Source: Myxococcota bacterium (GTDB taxonomy: Bacteria; Myxococcota_A; UBA9160; JAFDDA01). Taken from it: a DNA stretch of 64,000 bases. The translations under genes were made by a program, and so were the position numbers. Below are positions 29,153-37,501 of the stretch, in pieces; position 1 is the first letter of the stretch, and every line of letters starts with the position of its first letter. The notes under the pieces are model-generated. The model did not search any database. It saw only the letters and a list, made by a program, of their open reading frames with translations, and was not told the origin of the DNA. The DNA is taken from positions 544,001 through 608,000 of the forward strand of contig OZ245817.1 in the NCBI GenBank assembly GCA_965228475.1, read 5' to 3'.

Positions 29153-31798
29153 ATGACCCCCGAGACACTGTCCGAAGCGATCGCAGATTGGGTCCAGCAG
29201 CAGCTCGAGGCGTTGGTCGCGCGGCACTTCCGCGGACTGGAGGTCCCGCGGGTCTTCGCGGGCCACCCCGTCGGCCCGGACGTCCGTGCGGACCTCGCCT
29301 TCACCCTCGGCCACCTCCACGGCGTCGGCCGGGGTGGCCTCGACGGTTCGCCGGCGCCCGAGGCGATCGCGCGCGTCCTGCGCCCGATCGACGGCGCAGC
29401 GACCCACACCTTCTTCTCCTACCGGGTCGCCGAGACGCTCGCAGTCTTCGGTGGCTTCGCGGACAACCCGCTGCTCGAAGGCTTCGACGAGGCGGAGCGG
29501 GAGAACGTCGCGGCCGCCTGCGACTCGACGAGCTTCGCCCCGCTCTGGCGGAAGAACCTGCTGCCCCGCAACTACGCGGCGGTCCTCGCCCGCTGCGAGC
29601 GCGGCCGGGAGCGGATCGGACTGCCCTTCGACGAGGAACTCCTGGCGCAGACCCTCGACGGCGCGCGCGAGATGCTCGCGAGCCATCCCGAGGGCTGGCT
29701 CGACGATTCGAACACCCGGATCGGCCGCCACGACATCTACAGCGCCGACGTCTACCTGTTCACCGAGCCCCTGGCCGACCGGCTCGGAGAAGCCTGGCAG
29801 ACCGGCATGGCCAACGCGCTCCGGCTGGTCGAGAATACCGTGCATCGCGACGGCACCGCGATCTCCTGGGGCCGCTCGACGGGCGCCCTGGCCCAGTGCC
29901 TGACGCTCGAACTCGCGGCGCTCGTCGTCGGGCGCGGCGCGGCCAAGGACCCGGCGCGCTGGCTCGCCCTCGCCGGCGCCGCGTTCCGCTCCTTCCAGGG
30001 CTACATGAGCGAGGGCTTGATCAGTGCTCACCAGCACCGCTCGCCCTACGAGTACCGCGGCCCCGGGCGCCGCCTGCAGATGACCCTCGACGCGCTCGGC
30101 AAGCTCGCCTTCGCGGCCCTCGAGCTGCGCAGCGCCCCGTCCGGGCTCGAGGCGACGCCCGCGTCCGAGTGCTTCCCGCCGCGGGACGCCTACCTCTCCT
30201 TCTCGGACGACCCGCCGGCCGGAGTGTGGAGCTACCGCTCGAAGGATGCGGCCTTCGTGCTGCCCGTGGTCGGTGCGACGCGTTCGGACTATCTGCCGGC
30301 GCCGCGCAACCCGGGAACCTTCGAGGTGCCCGTGGATTCCGAGATCGCGACGGGCGTGCCCTACGTCGTGAACTACGGCGGCCGCTTCGCCGGTGCCGGC
30401 CGGCCGAAGCGCGTGCGGAAGATCCCGGACGGGCTCGAGCTCGAGTACGAGGATTTCGTTCCGACGGGTCGGCTCGAGCGGGAGAAGGACCCGAAGCCCG
30501 TCCCGGGCTCACGCCACGTGGTGTTCCGCGTCGAAGGCCGAAGCCTCACCGGGGAGGAGACGCTGCGCTTCCCCGCGCCGCCCCAGGGCGTCGCGCTCCA
30601 GTTCGCCGAGACCCGGAAGCGGCCGCTGCGGGTCGAGTTCGAGAGCGAGACGCCGCACCGCGTGGACGGGATCGACACCGACGGGCTCGCCGAGTACCGG
30701 AGCTTCTGGTCGGAGCTGCCGCGCGTGCACCAGGTCGACCTCGAGCCGGCGAAGGAGATCCGGATGCGCTGGCGCGTCACGCCGAAGATCCGCGTCACCA
30801 CCACCGACCGCGACCACCACTACCACCGGAGCCTCTACGACACCCTCGCCGATCGCGTGTGCGACGTCGCCTTCGACCGAAGCTTCGTCGGGGCGCCGGA
30901 CCGCGCGCGGAGCTTCCTGCGCGACGTCGACGTCTTCCACCTGCACTGGCCCGAGTGGATCTACGGACCGGATCTCGGCGTGCATCGTGCGCTCATCGAG
31001 ACGCTGCGGGAGGAAGACGTTCGCATCGTCTGGACCCAGCACAACCGCGCGCCGCACCGGAAGGAGGCGGGCTACGAAGACGTCTACCAGCTCTGGGCGG
31101 AGCACTGCGACGCCGCGCTCCACCACAGCCGCTGGGGCGAGGCGTGGATGCGCGAGACCTTCCGCTACGGCGACCACACGCTGCACCGCCTCGTTCCCCA
31201 CGGTCACTTCGGCAACCTCATGCCCGAGGTCGCCGCGATCGACCGCGCGGAGGCGGAGCGCGAGCTCGGCCTCTCGCCCTGCGCCGTCCGCATCGGCGTG
31301 ATCGGCGCACCGCGCGCGGAGAAGAAGGTGCAGATGCTGATGGACGCCTTCGCCGCGGCGGCCCCCGGCGACTTCCAGCTCCTGGTGCTCGCCGCCGGGC
31401 CCGAGGACGTCCGCCCCGAGGACCCGCGCATCACCACGCTGCCCTTCGCACACGTTCCGCGCGACGTCTTCAACCGCCGGCTCGCCACCCTCGACTGCCT
31501 CGCGATGCCGATCGAAGGCGGCGACTACCTCACCACGGGGCAGTTCGCCGACGCCGTCGGCCTCGGACTGCCCGCGATCACCTCGGACTGGCCCTTTCTC
31601 GTGGAGATGCTCGGGGAGGCCGCCGTCGTCTACGGCCAGGGCCGCGAGGCCCTCGAGAGCTGCCTGCGAGGGCTCGACGCCGGCCGCCTGGACCGGGCCG
31701 CAGCCGCCTGCCGGAAGCTCCAGACGACGCTCGCTTGGGAGGCCATCGGCCCGCGGGTCGGCGACCTGCTGGAGGAGCTCGGCTCGAGCGGCCTCTAG
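29153..31798 (+). CDS. Large two-part protein: uncharacterised helical N-terminal region plus C-terminal GT-B (GT4-like) glycosyltransferase
   Basis: C-terminal ~330 aa show FHLHWPE, WTQHN, VPHGHF, IGAPRAEKK, TTGQFADAVGLGLPAITSD. N-terminal region contains WGRST. Confidence 0.7.
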   Translation: MTPETLSEAIADWVQQQLEALVARHFRGLEVPRVFAGHPVGPDVRADLAFTLGHLHGVGRGGLDGSPAPEAIARVLRPIDGAATHTFFSYRVAETLAVFGGFADNPLLEGFDEAERENVAAACDSTSFAPLWRKNLLPRNYAAVLARCERGRERIGLPFDEELLAQTLDGAREMLASHPEGWLDDSNTRIGRHDIYSADVYLFTEPLADRLGEAWQTGMANALRLVENTVHRDGTAISWGRSTGALAQCLTLELAALVVGRGAAKDPARWLALAGAAFRSFQGYMSEGLISAHQHRSPYEYRGPGRRLQMTLDALGKLAFAALELRSAPSGLEATPASECFPPRDAYLSFSDDPPAGVWSYRSKDAAFVLPVVGATRSDYLPAPRNPGTFEVPVDSEIATGVPYVVNYGGRFAGAGRPKRVRKIPDGLELEYEDFVPTGRLEREKDPKPVPGSRHVVFRVEGRSLTGEETLRFPAPPQGVALQFAETRKRPLRVEFESETPHRVDGIDTDGLAEYRSFWSELPRVHQVDLEPAKEIRMRWRVTPKIRVTTTDRDHHYHRSLYDTLADRVCDVAFDRSFVGAPDRARSFLRDVDVFHLHWPEWIYGPDLGVHRALIETLREEDVRIVWTQHNRAPHRKEAGYEDVYQLWAEHCDAALHHSRWGEAWMRETFRYGDHTLHRLVPHGHFGNLMPEVAAIDRAEAERELGLSPCAVRIGVIGAPRAEKKVQMLMDAFAAAAPGDFQLLVLAAGPEDVRPEDPRITTLPFAHVPRDVFNRRLATLDCLAMPIEGGDYLTTGQFADAVGLGLPAITSDWPFLVEMLGEAAVVYGQGREALESCLRGLDAGRLDRAAAACRKLQTTLAWEAIGPRVGDLLEELGSSGL

Positions 31799-31847
31799 GC
31801 GCCTTCCGAGGCCCGCCCGGCGCCCGCGCCCCATCCGTTCACAGCTG

Positions 31848-31856
31848 TGGTACGCT
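31848..31856 (+). promoter_or_regulatory. Extended -10 element (TGG-TACGCT) for the DAHP synthase leader
   Basis: TGnTAnnnT, 8 nt upstream of the leader-peptide ATG, with no SD in between. Confidence 0.55.
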
Positions 31857-31864
31857 GATTCGAA

Positions 31865-31936
31865 ATGAGCGACCGCGCCTTCCAGACCGACTTCTACTTT
31901 GCCTGGTTCCGACCGGGGCGAGGGAAGTCCGTCTAG
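31865..31936 (+). CDS. Attenuator leader peptide MSDRAFQTDFYFAWFRPGRGKSV (Phe x4, Tyr, Trp)
   Basis: ATG at 31865 to TAG at 31934-36. The aromatic cluster TTC TAC TTT GCC TGG TTC lies immediately upstream of DAHP synthase. Below the ORF-track cutoff. Confidence 0.85.
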   Translation: MSDRAFQTDFYFAWFRPGRGKSV

Positions 31937-31960
31937 CGCAGCGCGCCAACAAGAATTCCC

Positions 31961-32001
31961 GAAGCCCCGAGAGCACGACGCCTCTCGGGGCTTCGTGCTT
32001 T
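31961..32001 (+). terminator. Attenuator (3:4) terminator hairpin
   Basis: Perfect 13-bp stem GAAGCCCCGAGAG / CTCTCGGGGCTTC with an 8-nt loop, followed by a weak U-tract (GTGCTTT). Confidence 0.7.
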
Positions 32002-32022
32002 CGGGCACCCAAAGGAACCGTC

Positions 32023-33087
32023 ATGCCCGAGGCCCTCGAGAACACCCATCTGGTCACCGTCGAACCCCTGACCCCGCCGGCGGAGGTCAAGCGTGCCCTG
32101 CCGAGCTCGCCGGCCGTGCGCGAGCGGGTCGTGGCGGCGCGCGCCGCCATCCGCGACGTCCTGCACGGCCGAGACTCCCGCCGCCTGGTGGCCGTGGTCG
32201 GGCCGTGCTCGATCCACGATCACGACGCCGCGCTCGAGTACGCCGCCCGCCTGCGGGCCGTGGCGGAGCGCACCGAGGACGCCCTCGTCGTCGTGATGCG
32301 GACCTACTTCGAGAAGCCGCGCACGACGATCGGCTGGAAGGGGCTGCTCAACGATCCGCGCCTCGACGGGAGCTGCGACGTCGCCGCCGGGATCGAGGAG
32401 GCGCGCCGCATCCTGCTCGACGTGAACGCCGCGGGCGTCCCCTGCGCGACCGAGGCCCTCGACCCGGTGACGCCCGACTACCTGGCGGACCTGCTCGCCT
32501 GGACGTCCATCGGCGCGCGCACGGTCGAGAGCCAGACCCACCGCCAGATGGCGAGCGGGCTCTCCATGCCCGTGGGGTTCAAGAACGGGACCGACGGCCA
32601 CGTCGATGCGGCGGCGAACGCCATGGTCGCCGCCGCGGAGCCGCACAGTTTCCTCGGCATCTGCCCCGACGGCCGGAGTGCCATCGTGAAGACCGCGGGG
32701 AACCCGGATCGCCACGTGATCCTGCGCGGGGGCAAGAGCGGCCCGAACCACGGGCCGGACTCCGTCGCCGAGGCCCTCGCCGCCGTCGGCGACCAGGGCA
32801 TCGCGCGCCCGGTCATGATCGATTGCTCCCACGGAAACTCCCGGAAGGACCCTGCGCGTCAGCCCGAGGTCTGCCGCGAGGTCCTGGCCCAGGTCCGGGC
32901 GGGCGAGACCGGCATCGCGGGTGTGATGATCGAGAGCAACCTCGTGGCGGGCGCGCAGACCTGGAAGCCCGGCGTCGCGCTCGCCCACGGCGTCTCCATC
33001 ACCGATGCGTGCCTCGGCTGGGGCGACACGGAGCGGCTCCTCGACGAGATCGCGGAGACGGTGCGCGCCGGAGCCGCGGCGGCCTAG
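32023..33087 (+). CDS. 3-deoxy-7-phosphoheptulonate (DAHP) synthase, class I-alpha (AroF/AroG/AroH type)
   Basis: VGPCSIHD, MRTYFEKPRTTIGWKG, IGARTVESQTHR, GFKNGTDG, IDCSHGNS, SITDAC; AAAGGA SD. Isozyme cannot be assigned by eye. Confidence 0.97.
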   Translation: MPEALENTHLVTVEPLTPPAEVKRALPSSPAVRERVVAARAAIRDVLHGRDSRRLVAVVGPCSIHDHDAALEYAARLRAVAERTEDALVVVMRTYFEKPRTTIGWKGLLNDPRLDGSCDVAAGIEEARRILLDVNAAGVPCATEALDPVTPDYLADLLAWTSIGARTVESQTHRQMASGLSMPVGFKNGTDGHVDAAANAMVAAAEPHSFLGICPDGRSAIVKTAGNPDRHVILRGGKSGPNHGPDSVAEALAAVGDQGIARPVMIDCSHGNSRKDPARQPEVCREVLAQVRAGETGIAGVMIESNLVAGAQTWKPGVALAHGVSITDACLGWGDTERLLDEIAETVRAGAAAA

Positions 33088-33098
33088 GGCGGGAGCCG

Positions 33099-33890
33099 CT
33101 AGCGCGCGGTCCAGCCGCCGTCGACGGGGAGCACGATGCCCGTGACGTAGCTGCTCGCGGGCGACGCCAGGAAGAGCAGCGCCGGGCCGAGCTCCGCGGG
33201 CCGGCCGAAGCGTCGCAGGGGAATGTTCGCGAGGAGCTTGTCCGCCACCTTCGGGTCGTCGACGGCGCCTTCCGTCATCTCCGTCGGGAAATAGCCGGGG
33301 GCGAGGGCGTTGGCCGTGATGCCGTCGCGCGCCCACTCGACGGCCTGGCTGCGGGCGAGCCCGACCACCGCGTGCTTCGCGACGGCGTAGGCGCCGAGAC
33401 CGCTCACCACCGGCGCGCCGAGCCCATAGATCGAGGCGACGTGGACGACGCGGCCGGCGTCCGAGGCCGCGAGCTGGGGGTAGAGGGCCTTCGAGAGCCG
33501 CCACTGGGCGTGCAGGTTCAGCTCGAGATCCCGGTGGAAGTCCTCCGCCGCCATGCGCTCGATCCGCGCGATGCTCGAAGTGGCGGCGTTGGCGACGAGG
33601 ACGTCGCAGCCGCCGAGGCGCTCCCGCGCGGCGTCGGCGAGGGCGTCGACCTCGTCGCCGACCGAGAGGTCCGCTGCGTGGGCGAGAACCCCGCCGGCTG
33701 CGCTCTCGCTCGCCACCTCGTCGGCGAGGGCCTCGAGCCGCTCGCGTCGGCGGGCCACCGCGAGCACTTCGAAGCCCGCGCGGGCCAGCACCCGGGTCAT
33801 CTCGGCACCGAGCCCGGAGGAGGCGCCGGTCACCAGGGCGCGGCGGCCCTTGCCGCCGAAGGTGGATGCCAGGAAGTCGCGCGCGCTCAT
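33099..33890 (-). CDS. Short-chain dehydrogenase/reductase
   Basis: TGASSGLG, YAVAK, NALAPGYFPTEMT, PVDGGW. Confidence 0.92.
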   Translation of the reverse strand: MSARDFLASTFGGKGRRALVTGASSGLGAEMTRVLARAGFEVLAVARRRERLEALADEVASESAAGGVLAHAADLSVGDEVDALADAARERLGGCDVLVANAATSSIARIERMAAEDFHRDLELNLHAQWRLSKALYPQLAASDAGRVVHVASIYGLGAPVVSGLGAYAVAKHAVVGLARSQAVEWARDGITANALAPGYFPTEMTEGAVDDPKVADKLLANIPLRRFGRPAELGPALLFLASPASSYVTGIVLPVDGGWTAR

Positions 33891-33949
33891 CGCGCGACTC
33901 TAGCAGCAGCTAAACGGCGCGCCGCGTACGTCTGGCGCGCCGCGCAGGC

Positions 33950-34396
33950 CTAACAGCAGCCGAACGACTCGCTCTTGGCGGGCGCCGGCGGCGTCTCGGC
34001 CTGGGTGGGCTCGGGCGCCTCTTCGCCGAAGGTCTCGCTGTCTTCGAGCACGCGATACCACTCCCAGCGCACGCCGTCGGGCTCCTGGGCCCAGACCTTG
34101 TCGGCCTTGGCGTAGCAGCAGGTGGTCTCGCCCTCGACGAGGGTCTCGAGCCCGCCGTCCTTCAAACGCTCGGTCGCGGCGGTCACGTCGGCTCCGTCGA
34201 AGACCTCGACGCCGAGATGGTTCAGCCGCTCGGCGGCGCCGGGCTCCTCGAACAGGACCAGCTTGAGCGGCGGCGAGTCGACCGCGAAGTTCGCGTAGCC
34301 GGGCTTCCGCTTGTTCGGCGCGACCCCGAACATCTTCGAGTAGAAGGCGACGGACGCTTCGAGGTCGTTCACGTTCAGGGCCAGTTGGATCCGCAT
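33950..34396 (-). CDS. arsI: ArsI/CadI family VOC metalloenzyme (putative C-As lyase)
   Basis: RIQLALNV, PGYANF, LNHLGVEV, vicinal TTCCYAKADKVW, RWEWY; downstream of arsR. Confidence 0.85.
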   Translation of the reverse strand: MRIQLALNVNDLEASVAFYSKMFGVAPNKRKPGYANFAVDSPPLKLVLFEEPGAAERLNHLGVEVFDGADVTAATERLKDGGLETLVEGETTCCYAKADKVWAQEPDGVRWEWYRVLEDSETFGEEAPEPTQAETPPAPAKSESFGCC

Positions 34397-34431
34397 GGGT
34401 TCTCCTTGGTTCGGGGCGCTTCGTTCGGTTC

Positions 34432-34722
34432 TCAACAGGATCCGGCGCAGCAGTTCTCGCCGAGGTAGGCGACGAGCGCCGTCATGTTCTCGAAGTCCGG
34501 GGCGTAGTGGATCTGGCGTCCTTCGCGCTCGGCGCGGAGCAGCCCGGCGCCGCGCAGCTCCTTCAGGTGGAAGGAAAGGGTGGGGGCGGGGACGCCGAGC
34601 CGGTGGGCCACGTCGCCGGCCGGCAGGCCCTCGGGGCCGGCCTGGACGAGCAGCCGGAACACGTCGAGGCGGGTCTCGTGGGCGAGGGCCGAGAGGGCAG
34701 CGAGGACGGTCTGCTTTTCCAT
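34432..34722 (-). CDS. arsR: ArsR/SmtB metalloregulator with C-terminal CC...C arsenite site
   Basis: ALAHETRLDVFRLLVQAGPEG, TLSFHLKEL, C-terminal ENCCAGSC. Confidence 0.92.
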   Translation of the reverse strand: MEKQTVLAALSALAHETRLDVFRLLVQAGPEGLPAGDVAHRLGVPAPTLSFHLKELRGAGLLRAEREGRQIHYAPDFENMTALVAYLGENCCAGSC

Positions 34723-34744
34723 ATTTCCAATATTATAGAAATAT
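34721..34744. promoter_or_regulatory. ArsR operator overlapping the arsR -10 box and start
   Basis: ATATTTC-N10-GAAATAT inverted repeat in a very AT-rich patch; minus-strand TATAAT at 34737-34732. Confidence 0.75.
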
Positions 34745-34798
34745 AGAATCGGCGCAACCGGCCACCGAGCGGGGAAATTCCCTTTCATTTTCAAGGGG

Positions 34799-35287
34799 TC
34801 AGAAGAACCAGGCGGCCGCGAAGATCCCGAGCATCGTGAAGGTGATGGCCAGCTTGGCCGCCATCCCGAGGGCGAATCCGACCCACGTCCCGAAGCCGAC
34901 CCGCCCGGCCTGGCCGAGATTCCGGCGGTAGGAGTACTCCCCGAGCACCGCGCCCGCGAAGGGGCCGAGCAGGATGCCCGGGAGCCCGAAGAACAGGCCG
35001 ACGACGGTTCCGAGCGCCGCGCCGAGCACCGCCTGCCGGCTCGCTCCGAAGCGTTTCGCGCCGAGCAGGCTCGCTCCGAACTCGGCCGCATAGGCCAGGG
35101 CCGTGAGCGCGGCGAGGATCGAGATCGTCGTGCCGCTGACGCGCGCGAAGTCGTCGGCCCAGGCGCCGACCACGAGGCCGGCGAACACGAATGCGGTGCC
35201 CGGGAGCGCCGGCACCAACATGCCGGCCAGGCCGACCGCGACCAGCAGGAACGCCAGCACCCAGGCGAGGGTCGCTTCGGGGCTCAC
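34799..35287 (-). CDS. DUF456 (YqgC-like) membrane protein
   Basis: GLAGMLVPALPG, GAKRFGAS, GILLGPFAGAVLGE. Confidence 0.88.
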   Translation of the reverse strand: MSPEATLAWVLAFLLVAVGLAGMLVPALPGTAFVFAGLVVGAWADDFARVSGTTISILAALTALAYAAEFGASLLGAKRFGASRQAVLGAALGTVVGLFFGLPGILLGPFAGAVLGEYSYRRNLGQAGRVGFGTWVGFALGMAAKLAITFTMLGIFAAAWFF

Positions 35288-36957
35288 CTCGGTTCGCTCC
35301 GCTCGGTCCTCGCCCCGGTGCCCGGGTTCGGGGAGGCGACGGGCCAGGTCGTGATCATGTGCGTGCCGCCGTTCGGGCGGTTCTCGGCGCGCACCTCGCC
35401 GCCGAGCATCGAGACGATGCCGTAGACGATCGCGAGGCCGAGGCCCGTGCCCTGACCGACCGGCTTCGTGGTGAAGAACGGGTCGAAGATCCGCCCGCGG
35501 ACCGCTTCGTCGATGCCCGGTCCGTCGTCGAGGACTTCGATGCTGACACGGTCCGGTGCGCTGCGGTGGGCGCGCACCTCGACCGAGCCGGCCGGGCCCG
35601 CGGCGGCGCGGGCGTTGTCGACGAGGTTGAAGACGACGCGCTCGAGGGAGATCGGGTCCGCGAGGATCGGCGGGAGCTCCGGCGCCACGACGGTGCGCGC
35701 GGGCGCCTCGGCGTGGGCGTCGCGGCGGACCATCCGGGGCAGGAGCGAGGCGACGTCGAGGGGCTCGGGACGCGGCGGGTTGCGCCGTGCGAAGTCGAGA
35801 ACGTCCTTGGTCAGGGTCGCGCAGTAGTCGGCCGAGCCTTCGAGGTCGTCGAGGATCTCGGTCGCAGAGGGGTTGCCGGCGACGGCGTCGCGCAGGAGGG
35901 CCGTGTTCCCGAGCACCGACGTCAGCTGGTTGTTGAAGTCGTGGGCGACGCCGCCGGCGAAGCCCCCGAGCGTGTCGAGCCGGCGCGCGCGCTCGAGGCC
36001 TTCCTGGAGGCGGCGCTCCTCGGTGACGTCGATGAGCTGCCAGAGCTGGCCGAGCGGCCGGCCGGTCCCGGGCTCGAAGACCGGCCGGAGCGAGGAGAGC
36101 ACGCGCTTGCCGTCCCGAAAGCGAAGCTCGCGGCTTTCCGGGGAGGCGTAGCGGAAGGGCTCGTCGAGGGGAGTCGGATCCTCCAGCTGGCCGCGGAGGC
36201 TCTCGAGGACGCCCGCGAGGCGCACCGGTCCGGTGGCGGCCTCGAGGGGAAGGAGCTTCTCGAAGGCCTGGTTCGTCGCCCGCAGCCTTCCATCGGGCTG
36301 AACGAGTACGAGCCCGACGGGCACGGCATCGAGGACGGCCGCGAGGTCGGCCCGCTGCTGCTCGGCGTCCTGGGCCACGCGGCCGAGCAGCGAGACGACC
36401 TGCACGCCCCCGACCACGGAGCCGGTCACCAGCCAGAGGAAGAGCGCGAGCTGCTCGTCGAGACCGGCGACCTTCACGTAGGCGAATACCCAGCTCGTGG
36501 CGACGACGACCGCCAGGCTCGAGGCGAGAACGATCTGCCAGTTCCGGCGCCCCATTTCTGCGGGCCGCAGGATCTGCCAGATCCCGCCCATCGCGCCCAG
36601 GGTGATGCCCAGCGAGCCGGTGATCTGGATGGTGGGCTCACCGACGTAGGGCACGACGCCGGCCCGGACGATCGCGACGGCGGCGGCGGTCGGCGCGAGC
36701 CAGCGAGGCACGTCCCGGCCCGCGAAGACGCATGCGCCGCTGAAGAGCAGCGCTGCGAAGCAGGTTCCGAGGATCGGGTAGAGCGGGGCGAGGGCCGGGT
36801 TCTCGGCCGAGACCGAGTTGATGGCCCCGGACGCCCACAGGCAGCACCAGGCGGCGGCCCAGTGCCAGCCGCCGGCGCCCCAGCCGAGCCGGATGAGCGA
36901 AAGCGTGATGACCACCAGGAAGGCGGCGCCAGCCCCCAGGATGGGCGCGTTGCTCAA
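35284..36957 (-). CDS. Membrane sensor histidine kinase (multi-TM input, PAS, HisKA, HATPase)
   Basis: GGVAHDFNN H-box, NLVDNA, DDGPGI, FDPFFTTK, GTGLGL. TTG start at 36957 behind GAGGAG; start uncertain. Confidence 0.9.
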   Translation of the reverse strand: MSNAPILGAGAAFLVVITLSLIRLGWGAGGWHWAAAWCCLWASGAINSVSAENPALAPLYPILGTCFAALLFSGACVFAGRDVPRWLAPTAAAVAIVRAGVVPYVGEPTIQITGSLGITLGAMGGIWQILRPAEMGRRNWQIVLASSLAVVVATSWVFAYVKVAGLDEQLALFLWLVTGSVVGGVQVVSLLGRVAQDAEQQRADLAAVLDAVPVGLVLVQPDGRLRATNQAFEKLLPLEAATGPVRLAGVLESLRGQLEDPTPLDEPFRYASPESRELRFRDGKRVLSSLRPVFEPGTGRPLGQLWQLIDVTEERRLQEGLERARRLDTLGGFAGGVAHDFNNQLTSVLGNTALLRDAVAGNPSATEILDDLEGSADYCATLTKDVLDFARRNPPRPEPLDVASLLPRMVRRDAHAEAPARTVVAPELPPILADPISLERVVFNLVDNARAAAGPAGSVEVRAHRSAPDRVSIEVLDDGPGIDEAVRGRIFDPFFTTKPVGQGTGLGLAIVYGIVSMLGGEVRAENRPNGGTHMITTWPVASPNPGTGARTERSEPR

Positions 36958-37120
36958 ACCGGACTCCTCGGCTCCGTTCCGCCGGGAAGGTACACGTCGG
37001 AGCGTCTCACCCAAAGTGGTTAGGCGGCGGGAACCGTGTGGTCCATGCATTCGACGCGCTGCGGCGCGCCGGGCCCGCCGGCGCCTTGGGGCCGGGCGCG
37101 TTCTGGGCGATTCTTCCGCC

Positions 37121-37399
37121 ATGCAGTTCCAAGTGATCTACTGCCGGCCCTGCGGATACGCGGGCAAGGCCGAGGCGCTCGCGGAGGAGCTTCGCGAACG
37201 CTTCGGTGCGAGCGTCGAGGTCGAGGAAGGCAAGTTCGGTCAGTTCGACGTGCTGCTCGACGGACGCGTCATCGCCAGCCGGGGAGAGAGCGTCTGGCGG
37301 CGCTGGTTCACGCACGGTGCGCCGGAGGACGCGGAGATCTTCGAGGCGGTCGAGCGCCACGCGGCGGTCCAGGACGGCGAAGCCTGCGAGATCCCATGA
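37121..37399 (+). CDS. Rdx (SelT/SelW/SelH) family thioredoxin-like protein, CxxC form
   Basis: VIYCRPCGY...A, G.GQFDVLLDG.VI.SR. Confidence 0.82.
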   Translation: MQFQVIYCRPCGYAGKAEALAEELRERFGASVEVEEGKFGQFDVLLDGRVIASRGESVWRRWFTHGAPEDAEIFEAVERHAAVQDGEACEIP

Positions 37400-37501
37400 C
37401 CCGCCGCCCTTGATGACCGGGGGCGCGCCGCGCGCTTTTTCGAGCGCGCTGGGCGAACGCATGGGATAGGTTCGCCCTCCGGGTTTCGAGGAAGGCGGCG
37501 G

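Noticed and set aside
29188..33087. Very long ORFs in the track (29188-33087, 42491-46990, 25276-28629, 42551-45523, 12562-15363, 45598-48129, 51297-54158) suggesting giant fusions or frameshifts
   Set aside because: Their extra parts are low-complexity R/P/G/A shadow translations typical of high-GC DNA. Real genes occupy other frames, and the recognisable domains have their own starts.
33900..33966. 17-bp imperfect repeat echoing the arsI C-terminus (FSCC*/FGCC*)
   Set aside because: It is only 14/17 identical and overlaps a likely -10 box, too short to distinguish from chance.
37121..37399. Possible selenoprotein (Rdx family is often CxxU)
   Set aside because: The motif is TGC-CGG-CCC-TGC (CRPC) and there is no in-frame TGA.
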